DNA of 63,903 nt, filler included, from Octopus bimaculoides (lineage: Eukaryota), in the NCBI RefSeq assembly GCF_001194135.2. It is 8 parts of 7 records of this genome, joined end to end, with 100 filler letters (N's around TTAATTAATTAA, not from the genome) between each part and the next. Parts side by side here need not be neighbours in the genome. Positions count along the whole stretch, not along the records: positions 1 to 9,227 come from NW_026324287.1; positions 9,328 to 11,585 come from NW_026340809.1; positions 11,686 to 20,729 come from NC_068981.1; 5 more parts are not named here. The stretch is one strand, 5' to 3'. The translations under genes and the position numbers were made by a program. Positions 1 to 14,199 of this stretch are shown one piece after another. Numbering within the stretch: the first letter of the stretch is position 1; each line of letters starts with the position of its first letter. The notes under the pieces are model-generated. The model worked only from the letters and a program-made list of their open reading frames with translations, searched no databases and was not told where the DNA came from.

Positions 1-716
1 TATACATACATACATACATGTATACATACGTATATATGTATATGAATGAAATGTCAACTACATCCATCACAGTTTGCGTTATTCAAAAGCTGACACAGAA
101 AGGATGCAGAGTTGAAAAATGTTGCTAATGAATTCCACGCACGTGTTTCTATGCACTCAAGTGTGTATATATATATATGTACATATATATATATATATTT
201 ATGCATATATATATATGTGTGCGTGTGTGTGTATGTATGTATATGTGTAGAAAGGCGTGTGTGTGTGTTTGTCTACGTATGTATAGTGTATGTATATATG
301 TGTCTGTAATCATGTATATATATATATATGTTTGTATATATACACATGCGTGTATGTCCGTACACACACACACGCACACACACACATGCATATACACACA
401 GAAACACACAGACATACACACACACACAGAGACTCACTCGCACGCACATTCTTCGTGTAGGAATCATTAAGAAAACGATGTCAGCTATGTACACATTTTT
501 TGTGAAAAGAGCGCATTCGCACACTTCCATCTATCTAGCTGCATGCCCGTCTGCCTGCCTACCTGCCTGCATGCCTGTCTGCCTGTCTGACTGCCTGTCT
601 TACTGTCTGCCTGTCTGTCTGTCTACCTGTTTGTTTTTATGTTTGTTTTGTGTGTCCATCTATCTCTCTATGTATGTATGTATGTATGTATGAATGTATG
701 TATGTATGTATGTATG

Positions 717-799
<83 letters not shown>

Positions 800-923
800 A
801 TGTATGTATGTATGTATGTATGTACGTCTCTCTGTCTGTCCATCTCTCTGTCTGTCTGTATGCGTACATTCTACGTATATGTCTGTCTGTTTGTGAATCT
901 ACACACACACACACGCACACACG

Positions 924-974
<51 letters not shown>

Positions 975-1192
975 ATATATGCATATATGTACTTACACCC
1001 ATACACAGGCGCACGCATACACAAACGCGCGCACACATTCTTGTGTAACAGATTTCCCGCTCTCTTTCGCTTTCTCTATCTTACATTATCTACATATCCG
1101 TAATTCTAGGCTTCTTTTGTAACCTCTGTTGCACATATAAATCTTTCTCTACATATAAAGAGAGAAATGCGCATATGCATATATATATAAAC

Positions 1193-1223
<31 letters not shown>

Positions 1224-1799
1224 TGTATATTTGTGTATATATATACATGTATACTTATACACACTCATTTACTCGTTTATATAAGTATATATATAAGCAT
1301 ATACATATATACATATATGTATATTTGTGTATATATACATGTATACTTATACGTACTCATTTACTCGTTTATATATGTATATATATATTTATATACGCAA
1401 ACACGCAAACTCATACCTATACGAAGTGATATTTAATACGTATAATATATCGCAGAACGTAGGCTAAAATAGCGAAGAAAGGAACATAAACATTCCGCCA
1501 TATTTTTTCCTCTGTTATTTCTCCGCTATTTCAGTAACACACACACAGAGACGTGTGCACACACACAGAGACGTGTGCACATACGCATTCATCTATGTAT
1601 GTATATTATATATATATATTTCTTTCTCCCTATATCTATTTTCCCCTGCTTTTGCCCACAAAATGTTCATTGTGTATATCTTTTGTTTTAGCAATGCTGT
1701 TATTTGGTCTTATATTATCGTGTGTTACCTCGTGGTTTATTACTTTCTATTTTCTCGGCATATGAATGTATCAATATATATATCAATATATATATATAT
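1..1799. repeat. Compound microsatellite block (TA, CA/TG, TATG, TATC, TGTC)
   Basis: Directly visible di- and tetranucleotide runs; the ORFs here are only their translations. Confidence 0.95.
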
Positions 1800-2403
1800 N
1801 NNNNNNNNNNNNNNNNNNNNNNNNNNNNNNNNNNNNNNNNNNNNNNNNNNNNNNNNNNNNNNNNNNNNNNNNNNNNNNNNNNNNNNNNNNNNNNNNNNNN
1901 NNNNNNNNNNNNNNNNNNNNNNNNNNNNNNNNNNNNNNNNNNNNNNNNNNNNNNNNNNNNNNNNNNNNNNNNNNNNNNNNNNNNNNNNNNNNNNNNNNNN
2001 NNNNNNNNNNNNNNNNNNNNNNNNNNNNNNNNNNNNNNNNNNNNNNNNNNNNNNNNNNNNNNNNNNNNNNNNNNNNNNNNNNNNNNNNNNNNNNNNNNNN
2101 NNNNNNNNNNNNNNNNNNNNNNNNNNNNNNNNNNNNNNNNNNNNNNNNNNNNNNNNNNNNNNNNNNNNNNNNNNNNNNNNNNNNNNNNNNNNNNNNNNNN
2201 NNNNNNNNNNNNNNNNNNNNNNNNNNNNNNNNNNNNNNNNNNNNNNNNNNNNNNNNNNNNNNNNNNNNNNNNNNNNNNNNNNNNNNNNNNNNNNNNNNNN
2301 NNNNNNNNNNNNNNNNNNNNNNNNNNNNNNNNNNNNNNNNNNNNNNNNNNNNNNNNNNNNNNNNNNNNNNNNNNNNNNNNNNNNNNNNNNNNNNNNNNNN
2401 NNN

Positions 2404-2438
<35 letters not shown>

Positions 2439-2491
2439 GTTGTGATGATGATGATGATGATGGTGATGATGAAAGTGATGATGATGATGGC

Positions 2492-2530
<39 letters not shown>

Positions 2531-2532
2531 AG

Positions 2533-2563
<31 letters not shown>

Positions 2564-2643
2564 GATGGTGATGATGAAAGTGATGATGATGGTGATGGTG
2601 ATGGTGATGGCGATGAAGAGGATGATGATGATGGTGATGATGA
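2404..2643. repeat. (GAT)n trinucleotide repeat with GAAAGT/GGT variants
   Basis: Visible GAT run between two N gaps. Confidence 0.95.
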
Positions 2644-3969
2644 AAAGCTGAAATACCTACAAGTATAATAACCATCTCTGCCGCTTGTACCACAACCTAA
2701 CTTGCCACCACCACCACCACCACCACCGTCTCCNNNNNNNNNNNNNNNNNNNNNNNNNNNNNNNNNNNNNNNNNNNNNNNNNNNNNNNNNNNNNNNNNNN
2801 NNNNNNNNNNNNNNNNNNNNNNNNNNNNNNNNNNNNNNNNNNNNNNNNNNNNNNNNNNNNNNNNNNNNNNNNNNNNNNNNNNNNNNNNNNNNNNNNNNNN
2901 NNNNNNNNNNNNNNNNNNNNNNNNNNNNNNNNNNNNNNNNNNNNNNNNNNNNNNNNNNNNNNNNNNNNNNNNNNNNNNNNNNNNNNNNNNNNNNNNNNNN
3001 NNNNNNNNNNNNNNNNNNNNNNNNNNNNNNNNNNNNNNNNNNNNNNNNNNNNNNNNNNNNNNNNNNNNNNNNNNNNNNNNNNNNNNNNNNNNNNNNNNNN
3101 NNNNNNNNNNNNNNNNNNNNNNNNNNNNNNNNNNNNNNNNNNNNNNNNNNNNNNNNNNNNNNNNNNNNNNNNNNNNNNNNNNNNNNNNNNNNNNNNNNNN
3201 NNNNNNNNNNNNNNNNNNNNNNNNNNNNNNNNNNNNNNNNNNNNNNNNNNNNNNNNNNNNNNNNNNNNNNNNNNNNNNNNNNNNNNNNNNNNNNNNNNNN
3301 NNNNNNNNNNNNNNNNNNNNNNNNNNNNNNNNNNNNNNNNNNNNNNNNNNNNNNNNNNNNNNNNNNNNNNNNNNNNNNNNNNNNNNNNNNNNNNNNNNNN
3401 NNNNNNNNNNNNNNNNNNNNNNNNNNNNNNNNNNNNNNNNNNNNNNNNNNNNNNNNNNNNNNNNNNNNNNNNNNNNNNNNNNNNNNNNNNNNNNNNNNNN
3501 NNNNNNNNNNNNNNNNNNNNNNNNNNNNNNNNNNNNNNNNNNNNNNNNNNNNNNNNNNNNNNNNNNNNNNNNNNNNNNNNNNNNNNNNNNNNNNNNNNNN
3601 NNNNNNNNNNNNNNNNNNNNNNNNNNNNNNNNNNNNNNNNNNNNNNNNNNNNNNNNNNNNNNNNNNNNNNNNNNNNNNNNNNNNNNNCACCAACACCACC
3701 ACTACCACCACCACCAACAACAACAACAACACCATGGCCACGGCAGTTATTTTCTGAGTTTCCTATGCAATAGGTAATCATTGAGAAGAGGGAAAAATCT
3801 ATCAAATTTTGTGAGAAAACTGTTTTTCTCTCTGTCAAATGTTTCTTATGAGACGTTATAATTATCAAGCTATCTATTGTTCTGTCTGTTTGTCCATCTG
3901 TCGCTTTGTCTCTCTGTTTGTCTGTCTGTTTGCCTGTCGGTGCAATCGGTCGGTCTGTTAATATATATT

Positions 3970-4519
3970 TTTGTTCGTATTTCTATCGATATAAATGGAT
4001 AAATACATAAATATATATATAACTATGTACATATAGCAAAGATAGATTGATTGATAGACGAATAGACGGATAAATAGACAGATGGATGCGTTGATAGAGA
4101 GATAGATGGATGGCTAGATGGATGTGACTGGACTGATAGGTGGATAAACGGATGGATAAATGGATGCATAGATAAATCGATATATAAGTCGATAGATAGA
4201 TATATGGATAGCTAAATTGATGAATGGGCAGATATATAGATAGATGGATTGATATATAGATAAACGGGTAGACAGAGAGCTGTATGGATGAATGAAGAGA
4301 TGAATAGATAGGTGCATAGATAGATAGATAAATAGATAGATAAATAAGAAAACAACAAAAGGACGGACATATGGAATGCATTATCTTGACGCTTAGTGAA
4401 AGTAGAAAAAAGAGTGGGCTATTTACATTTCGAGCATAGCTCTTTGTCAGAAAATGGAGAAAGGAAAGGTCCAGAGAAGGAGAAAAATTCAGGAAAACCA
4501 AATGTGTGGTTACATGTGG

Positions 4520-4582
<63 letters not shown>

Positions 4583-5000
4583 ACACACACTCACACGGAT
4601 ATATAGATAGGTTGATAGGTAAACAGATATGTAAATTCATTAATCTAATAGATATGCTGATAGTTAAATAAATTGATTGATAGGCGAAGAGATCGATAGG
4701 CAACTAAACAGATAAATATGCTGAACTAGAAAAAAAGATACGGATGTGTAGTTCGAAGGATTGATATATAGATATGTAAATTGATATGTTGAACAAAATA
4801 TTTAGAAATAGACAGATCGATAGATAGAAGGATAGGTGAATAAACCGCTATATTGAGGTAATTAGGGATATAGATATATTGATAGACAGGTAAATAGCGA
4901 GATCGATATATTGATAGATAGGTAAATAGCGAGATATGTAGATAAGCAATTAGATATGATGATAGATAAATAGACAGGTAGATAAGAATTTAGACAGACA
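3970..5000. repeat. Degenerate (GATA)n tracts around a (CA)n run
   Basis: Decayed gatagata units at about 3970-4345 and 4600-5000; (CA)n at about 4522-4590. Confidence 0.85.
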
Positions 5001-5260
5001 GGTGAAGGAATAGCGTGGTGAAAGATTGGTAATTGCATCGTTTTTTTTCTTCTCTTTCAGCTTGTTTTAGTCTTTGGATTGCCTTGAAGAATTTTAGACG
5101 AACGAATCGACCCACAATATATTTTAAACCTGGTCTTATTGTATCGGGATGTTTTGCCGACCCACTAAGTTACAGAGAGGTAAACGCACAAACACTGGTT
5201 GTCAAGCAGTGGTAGGATAGAAATAGACACAAAGACACACACACATTCATATATATATTT

Positions 5261-5450
5261 CGCCGGGCGAAATGCATAGCGTTATTTCTTGTCTTTGCGT
5301 TCTGAGTTCAAATTCCGCCGAGGTCGACTTTGTCGTTCATCCTTCCGGAGTCGATAAACTAAGTACAAGTTGCGTACTTGCGGTCGATCTAATCGATTGG
5401 CCTCCTACCCCAAAATTTCAAGCCTTGTGCCTAGAGTAGAAAAGAATCTA
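5261..5450 (+). mobile_element. tRNA-derived SINE (octopod-type), 5'-truncated
   Basis: cgccgggcgaaatgc...tgagttcaaattccgccgaggtcgacttt (B-box-like GAGTTCAAATTCC); homologous to copies at 7998, 31042 and 31404. Confidence 0.85.
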
Positions 5451-5539
5451 ATTAAGAGGCTTAATAGGATCATTTTCTTTGAATGTACTGTTTACTACGC
5501 ACGTCCATTTCACCTGCTATACGTACAGTGTATGGAAAT

Positions 5540-5880
5540 GCTAAATTTTTTCTTTAAGCAGGACGGCGTACAACCACACTATTGCGAAGAGGTGCCAGCT
5601 TACTTGGATGAAAAGTTATAAGGACACTTCTTAGGACGAAGAAGTGCAGTTGGGTTTTTTGCACGTTCTCCTTGTATAACACATACAAACTTTTACTTAT
5701 GCGGTACCCTATAGGATGTCGTGTATTGCAGAAAACCGGCTATACTGACGGCCCTTCAGGAACAAAGTGAAATAGCCTGTGCAGAAATCCCAGTGGACAC
5801 TGGCCAACGCTGCCCGAGCAGCAATTCACCCTGCTAATAAACGTCTGGAAACTAATGTTCTCCACCTTGATAATCTCTTC
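5540..5880 (+). pseudogene. Tc1/mariner (Tc3-like) transposase C-terminal relic
   Basis: One frame reads FFKQDGVQPHYCEEVPAYLDEKL*GHFLGRRSAVGFFARSPCITHTNFYLCGTL*DVVYCRKPA. This matches the QQDGAPPH...WIGRRG..WPARSPDLTPLDFFLWG.LK..VY signature, with stops. Confidence 0.75.
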
Positions 5881-7997
5881 CAATTGTGGAGGTTAAAGAT
5901 AGATTGCATTAATCCAGTGATATATGAATAAATTTACGTGTATATACAATTTTTTGGCGGACTTTGTATATACGTATATAATTATTTCTGGCACTCATTC
6001 GAATCAAGGTTCTTAATAATCAGAACACCAAGTCAGGGTCGAGATTATCATATGCGTGCAAATAGCGTATACGGACACACACGCATATATCAACGTATAT
6101 ACGTACATGTCCTAAAACTTAGATATGTGCGCATGAACAAATCGATATACACGTGTTGATGAATATGTAGTGCTAGGACATGTCCGTACATACACTGATG
6201 CAATATATATATAATATATATATATATTTATACATACACACACACACATATATATAATAGATTAGAACAATACGGACAGAGGTCTTCTTCATACGGACTG
6301 GGTTTTCAATTTTGCGAAAGCCGTTTTCCAATATATACCACTTATTACACACCTTAATGTTAGAAGACACATACGCATACACATACAAGTATGCATACAT
6401 ACATACATACATACATACATACATACATACATACATACATACATGCATGCATGCATACATAGTACACATGCAAAACATACAAGCATGCATAAGTACATAC
6501 ATATATATACATACTTGTTATACATACATATGCTTGGTACGAGTACACATACACACATGTCAAACACACACACACACACACACACTAAACACTTTCACAA
6601 TTCCCACAATTCCCATTCGCACAAACGAACACCCGCATACCCCCCCCCCCNNNNNNNNNNNNNCCCCCCCCACGTACTCCTCAGAACGAAAAGACGCACG
6701 CACTCTTAAAAATGTTGTCATATACACTTAAACACACTACTGATACAAGCATCCACAAAACACACACATGTCAAATGTCCACATACACACAAAAGCATAT
6801 ATATATACGCATACACCCAAGCCTATCGCCATACATGTATAACAACCACATTTAAACATACACACTCAGAGATACCTAAGATTGTCCACAGGCATGTTAC
6901 AATAACCATACGAACATATACACACACTCACCCACACATAACATCCCCCTTCACACACACACACACACACATATATATGCATACACATAAAGCACCCACA
7001 CACACATATATATGCATACACATAAAGCACCCACACTTAAACTTGTTCATATGCATGTACAATAACCACATTTACACGTACACACAATCGCCTTCATACA
7101 ATGTAATTTACTTTCTTGCACCTCGCCTCCATTTCATTAACTCTCTTACGTTAAAAAAAAGTACTTTTGTTTTGTCTCTCACTTCCGCCTCACTCTTAAT
7201 AATGGAAACTTCGTAAAACACATACATGCAATATTTTCGTTATGGTTATATTTTTCTGTCTTTATTTTCTTATTCCATTCGTTGAAATACCAATATCTTC
7301 GAAACGTCAAAATATATTTCTGTTTCTTTTCTTTTCATTAAGTAAAACTAATAGAAAATTCTATCGTGTTGTAGCCTGTCCTTGAGTGCGAGTGTTTGTG
7401 CATATTGTGCGCGCGTGTAAACACACACACACACACAAAGAATTTGTGTGTATGTATGTGTGTATGTAATGTATACAGTAAATCAAATTGCGAACAACAA
7501 AACACCATACAAAAAGACCTCAGAAGTTGAAGGAACGTTCATAGTTAATATTATTAGGCTGACGTCTAAAGAAGGTAAAAGTTATAAAGTGAACACACGA
7601 AAGAAACTAACACGCAACATGTTTATAGGGAGTTGCGAATATTGAAAAAAAAAAAAAAAAGGTTGACTCTTCTCCATATAGGTTTCGTAGCCGCAGATAC
7701 GTGCTTTTAACCTCAGATCTATCTATCTATCTATNNNNNNNNNNNNNNNNNNNNNNNNNNNNNNNNNNNNNNNNNNNNNNNNNNNNNNNNNNNNNNNNNN
7801 NNNNNNNNNNNNNNNNNNNNNNNNNNNNNNNNNNNNNNNNNNNNNNNNNNNNNNNNNNNNNNNNNNNNNNNNNNNNNNNNNNNNNNNNNNNNNNNNNNNN
7901 NNNNNNNNNNNNNNNNNNNNNNNNNNNNNNNNNNNNNNNCTTATCCCTGGATGAAAAGCCTGTCTTTTCCCTTAATGGTATCTCAACCTGATATGTC

Positions 7998-8231
7998 AAG
8001 GCGGCGAGCTGGCAGAAACGTTAGCACGCCGGGCGAAATGCTTATCAGTATCTCGTCTGCCGTTACGTTCTGAGTTCAAATTCCGCCGCGGTCGACTTTG
8101 CCTTTCATCCTTTCGGGGTCGATTAAATAAGTACCAGTTACGCACTGGGGTCGATGTAATCGACCTACCCTCTTTGTCTGTCCTTGTTTGTCCCCTCTCT
8201 GTTTAGCCCCCTGTGGGCAGTAAAGAAATAG
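7998..8231 (+). mobile_element. tRNA-derived SINE (octopod-type), near full length
   Basis: Head ggcggcgagctggcagaaacgttagc, B-box GAGTTCAAATTCC, tail gtttagcccc...gtaaagaaata. Confidence 0.9.
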
Positions 8232-8461
8232 TTATGTCAACCTGATAGAATTGTTGATTTTTGAGATTGGTCTTTCCTTTATCATACGGAGCTGGTCTTT
8301 ATTGCTATTTGGTAATTGTTACCACACTCTGGAAGCAGAGATAATATTAATGAATCAAGAATTTATGTTATACGGTCTGTGATATATAACTCTAAACGTT
8401 TATATTGTACAAACACAGGCCATTAAGCAGTCTGAGCTATTTTTCTTTCTACTTCTTTCTT

Positions 8462-8815
8462 TCTGGTGGTAGTGGTCATAGTGGGGTTGCTGATGGTGGC
8501 GGTGATGATGGCGGTGGCGGCGGTGGTAGTGGTGATGGCGATGGTGATGGCTGTGGTTGTGGTGGTGGTAGTGGTCATAGTGGTGTTGTTGATGGTGACG
8601 GTGATGATGGCGGTGGTGGTGGCGATGGTGATGACCGTGGTTGTGGTGGTGATGGTTGTAGTTATAGTGGTGCTGTGGTTGGTGGTGGTGGTGATGATGG
8701 ATGATGGTGGTGGCGATGGTGATTGTAGTGGTGGTGGTGGTGGTTATAGTGGTGTTGGTGATGGTGGTAGTAGTTGTGGTGATGATGGTGATGTTGGCGA
8801 TGGTAGTGCTTATGA
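8462..8815. repeat. Mixed (GGT/GAT/GGC)n trinucleotide repeat
   Basis: Visible; gives rise to the spurious Gly-, Val- and His-rich ORFs. Confidence 0.9.
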
Positions 8816-9098
8816 ATGGTACTAGGGTACGGCGATGTTGAGGTACGCTGTTCACCGAAAACGAAAATGTCAGTTCCCTTTTAACCCCTTTAAAATTTTT
8901 TATCAATTATTCTAATTCGCCAATTTCCGTCTTATCAGCAAGAAATTATGGCAGATTCTGGTGCACAAAATGTCTGCTAGTGCATGCAGCTGCATAATTA
9001 TGCACATATCTGCATTGACATTAAACGCGCAACATGCTCATGGTGTCACACACCCCTATACACACATACACATATATAGGTGTTTGTATATACGTGTG

Positions 9099-9137
<39 letters not shown>

Positions 9138-9227
9138 GAGAATATACAAATAATAACAACAGACGAGGACAGGTGGTGTAAATAACAAAAGTATATATAC
9201 GTGTATATATATATATATATATATATA

Positions 9228-9327
9228 NNNNNNNNNNNNNNNNNNNNNNNNNNNNNNNNNNNNNNNNNNNNTTAATTAATTAANNNNNNNNNNNNNNNNN
9301 NNNNNNNNNNNNNNNNNNNNNNNNNNN
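9228..9327. other. Assembly placeholder gap with TTAATTAATTAA linker (also at 11630, 20774, 42110, 47560, 61472, 62842)
   Basis: Identical 12-mer embedded in N runs; at this site 44 N + 12 + 44 N = 100 bp. Confidence 0.95.
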
Positions 9328-10020
9328 CATACATACATACATACATACATACAAGCATATATACAAACAAACAAACGTACGTACATACCTGTATACATAC
9401 AGGCTCACATATATACAAGAGCATACATACATATACTCATATTTATACACATTGACACTATTCAATCGACACACGTTTATATATACATACATACATAAAG
9501 AGAGAGAGAGAGAGCGGGGGAGAGAAGGAGAGAGCGAGACACTAAAATACATCTCTCTTTATAAATATATATACGCATGTATACATAAGTATAGGTAGAC
9601 TTATACATATACAAATACACTTACATACACTCTTAATGATAAACTCACATATATACATACACACACACACACACACATTTGTACATACACTTGCATATAT
9701 ACATATATGCTTACATTGTTACATATGCATATTAAAATACACTTGCGCACATATGCGAACACATACGTTAATTCGCAAATGCACATGCACACACATACGC
9801 ACAAATACATGCACGTACACACACACATACATACATACACATACACACACACGCATATCCACATACACACATACATACACACGTACATATATATATACAC
9901 ATCAGCTCATAAATGCACTGAAAGAGGGTCATATATATACAGCCAGACGTGTATGTATGTATGTATGTATGTATGTATGCATGTATGTATGTGTGTATGT
10001 ATACTTATATACACATGTGT

Positions 10021-10056
<36 letters not shown>

Positions 10057-10840
10057 ATATCCACACAAGCACGCTACATTAACTGTGAAGTACATATACA
10101 CCCACCAGGTAAAGAAACACAAAGTCACAAATGTACACACGAACATACACACACTTATACACCAACATACAATGTGATAGCAGAATATATACATACATAC
10201 ATACATACATACACCACAAAATACTATTATATACAAACAAGTACACAAATCCATACACGTATATGAATGCATACATTGATAGATACAGATGTACATATAC
10301 ATGCATTAACAAAAGTTACACACTCATACAGCCAACAAACAAATACACACACACAGACATACAGATACGCATTCAAACATACATTGATAAAAGCCACGTA
10401 CATATATCGACAACTAACACACACATGCATACTCACGCATATGTACACATACACATATTCGTACGAACACTAGAAGCGTGATATACTCACACTGCCCAAA
10501 CGATTGCTACTATTATATACACATACACACATGTAGACTTCAAAAGGCAGACATACAGACTCACAAACATACAGACAACATTTATATCCTTCTGCCCCCG
10601 CCCTTCTCTCACAGTTCACTCCTTCCTTTTCACTCCCTTTCCCCTTCCCCCTCCATCTTTCACATAAATGCATACATTTCTCAGTTATACACAAAGATGC
10701 ACACACACACAAACATACGCATATACGTGCATAGTCGTTCACACATGCCTATATACATAGATACATGCATACATACATGTCTACACACACACATACACGC
10801 GCGCACAGACTCTCACACACAGACAAACATATATATGTAT

Positions 10841-10879
<39 letters not shown>

Positions 10880-11286
10880 TGTATATATATATAATATATA
10901 TATATATATATACATACATATATGTATATATATTTATATTTATAAATATACATATACATATACATACCCATACATACATGCATACATATATATCCTTACA
11001 TATATAGATAAATGCATATATACATGTATTCATTTATACACATACAAACACGCATACATAGATACATGCATACATATGTACATACATGGATGCATACGTG
11101 TACCTAAGTACAAGCATAGATACATACATGCATATCCACATACATACAGGCGTAAATAAATGCACATGAACACACACGCACACATATCTATATAAAGATA
11201 TACATGCATATTTACTTAGAAATACACTTATAAACGTACAGACTTATATAATGACATACATATTGAGAGTTCAATACGCACACAGA

Positions 11287-11324
<38 letters not shown>

Positions 11325-11514
11325 GAGGAAAACACACACACATATACTTAGAAGCACAAACATACCGAAAAGGACACAACACACACAATACATACATACA
11401 TACATACATACATACATACACACACACAATTATGCAAAAGAATAAAAACAAACGTACACACACAGAGTTCATTAAACAGACACACAAGCACATATATAAG
11501 AACACAAGCGAAAC

Positions 11515-11585
<71 letters not shown>

Positions 11586-11702
11586 NNNNNNNNNNNNNNN
11601 NNNNNNNNNNNNNNNNNNNNNNNNNNNNNTTAATTAATTAANNNNNNNNNNNNNNNNNNNNNNNNNNNNNNNNNNNNNNNNNNNNGTATGTATGTATGTA
11701 TG

Positions 11703-11739
<37 letters not shown>

Positions 11740-11749
11740 GCCTACCTAC

Positions 11750-11795
<46 letters not shown>

Positions 11796-11805
11796 GCCTA
11801 CCTAC

Positions 11806-11880
<75 letters not shown>

Positions 11881-11900
11881 CCTATCTATCTATCTACTAT
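9328..11900. repeat. Extended CA/TACA/TA/TATC microsatellite-derived low-complexity region
   Basis: Continuous simple repeats and their decay products; (TATC)n with TACC variants at about 11700-11897. Confidence 0.9.
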
Positions 11901-12439
11901 ATTACATACCTATGAAACACAATGCATAATACGTATACGCCTATGTGTGTGTAGGTGTGCATGTGTGTGTGTGTATGTGCATATTCATACATGCATCAAC
12001 TCTGGACAGCAATTTATCACTCTTAATGAAGCATCATATTCGCTGATGTTGCTTTTGCTGTTTATTATCACGTCATTCACGTCAACTCTGATTAGAGACA
12101 TGTACAATCAAGAGCAGCCGACTCGTAATCATTGTGTCGTATAATTTTAAAGACATCGCGTATTGAGGTCAGCGTAATCAACACAGCATTATGTGATTTG
12201 AGGACAATTTTGCTACTATTTATAGAAAGCCAGTGACCACATAGTAATATGGTTTTCGACTGACTGAGACGAATATCATAAATTAGGAAGTTAATTTAAG
12301 TTGACACTCTATTGAATCGACTCAAACATTCTCATCTGTCAAGCAACGGAAACAATCTAAGCAAAAGTTGCCTACGCATAACATTTTGGAATGTTTACCA
12401 GTTTGAAGCGTCCGCTTTTTAACGTTAGGTGGAAGGGTG

Positions 12440-13260
12440 CGTTCCTCTGGTCAGGCGATCCACCTGCTGCCCATCCTTCGACTTGGTGCTTTTGACTTGT
12501 TCAGGCCCCTGATGCACAAACACGCTCTATGCTTCCGCTTCCTATAAAGGTTCTAGAGTGTTGGGACTGTGTGCTCGTCATTTGTGAGGCACACTGTTTC
12601 CGCAGTTTTGTCTACCAGACAACTGCAGTCGCGGGTGAAGTAAAGACCAAGATAAGTCACCTGGGACATAGAGTTTCGTCAGATACTCGTCGCCCTCTTG
12701 TAAGGCGCATAATGGCGGCGTTGGGAATTCCACTTCAGTAATTTCAGAAAAGTCACTAGCAAAGAAGTGCGGCGACGTTTTTGAGACTCCAATAGATAAC
12801 TTCTGAAATTCTCTGACGTGGGAGTGCTACGGCGGAGTGCTATCCCTTCCAGATTTACAGGCACGGACTACATTCAGACGAGTCTGACTGAGATTCGCAC
12901 AGATCGATGAAAACATTTTGCTAGCACTCGTTCAGTCGCAGGAATTGCTCACTTGCAGACTTATGTCGAACACCTGTTAACATATATGGGATTTAAAGAA
13001 CGAGCTCTTAGCGAATTTTTCAACTTTCCTTTGAAAAGAAAGGAAAGCTTGGAGCGTGAGTTACCGATCAGTGCTGAGATATTGAAAGTTGGGTGCGAGT
13101 GGCAAAACTGCACACAGTGGATGCAGTCGCATTTCACTTACATCTGGAAGTTAGAAGTCGCGTGCCCTTAATACTCAGAATGATCTTGGGTATATGGAGG
13201 TCCTGGATTGACCCTATGAAATGGTCCTCCTATACCAGAAATGATTTATCGCATTTATAT
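12440..13260 (+). mobile_element. Tx1/L1-like LINE 3' relic (zf-RVT region and ORF2 C-terminus)
   Basis: Frameshifted pieces LTWECYGGVL, IYRHG, DENILLALVQ, QTYVEHLL, FFNFPLKRKESLERE and MRVAKLHTVD lie in the order expected for L1/Tx1 ORF2 ends. Confidence 0.55.
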
Positions 13261-13385
13261 TTTTGTAATATGTAAATTCGTATTTCAGACTTTTTCTCAT
13301 TTATTTTATTTGTAATTCCCTGCATTTAATGTATATCTTTCTTTTTGTGCCTCATCCGTTGCCCCAGTGGCAATTAGAAGAACTT

Positions 13386-13395
13386 CTTCTTGTTC

Positions 13396-13472
<77 letters not shown>

Positions 13473-13577
13473 CTTCTTCTTCTTCTTCTTCTTCTTCTTC
13501 TTCTTCTTCTTCTTCTTCTTCTTCTTCTTCTTCTTCTTCTTCTTCTTCTTCTTCTTCTTCTTCTTCTTCTTCTTCAT
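13386..13577. repeat. Compound (GTT)~25(CTT)~35 microsatellite
   Basis: Directly visible and nearly uninterrupted. Confidence 0.97.
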
Positions 13578-13584
13578 GATTGAT

Positions 13585-13770
13585 TGAGAGAGCTGCACAC
13601 GCCATCCAAGTAACTCTAGTGTACAAATGCACACAGCCCAATACACCCTTCAAGGCTACACGTTTGATACGAGTACACGACGTACATGCATCAAAGCATA
13701 TGCGCACGACATGGTGACTTAATATCAAAATAAACTGCATGTGATCTTGCAGGCAGAGCCCAGTTGAACA
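13585..13770 (+). mobile_element. Partial copy of an unclassified interspersed repeat (also at 52228-52790)
   Basis: Shares gagagc.gc.ca.gccatc...gtacaaat...gcgacatggtga...gcccagtt with 52228-52420. Confidence 0.6.
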
Positions 13771-14065
13771 CTGGGATCGATTTAATCAACTTACCTTTCC
13801 ACGAAAATTACTAGTCTTGTACCAAACGTGAAACGCTTGCTACTACTACCTCTAAATTATCAGAGCGCTGTATCTATCTATCTATCTTTTTTTTTCTTCC
13901 CGCGATCCCTTTTGATCGAAATCCCCACCTTTTTTTTCCGCGATCCCTTTTGATCGAAATTACCCCCCACCCAAGAAAAGCTCTACTTTGTAATTTGTCC
14001 ATTTTCTGTATTTAGCCCTGTGTGGCTATAATAAAAAGATATCTATCTATCTACCTATCTATCTA

Positions 14066-14108
<43 letters not shown>

Positions 14109-14199
14109 GTCTATCTATCTATCTATCTATCTTCATATACGACAGTACGGCTGATTTCTTGTTAGACTTTGTCGCTAGATCGTTAGATAGTGTCAGATC

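Noticed and set aside
5261-8231. tRNA-like A/B boxes as tRNA genes
   Set aside because: Each continues into a shared SINE body and tail; no complete cloverleaf.
112-11929. Many long ORFs (YIYI, CVCV, HTHT, LSIY, poly-His/Asp/Met)
   Set aside because: Translations of microsatellites or read-through of N gaps; no coding complexity.
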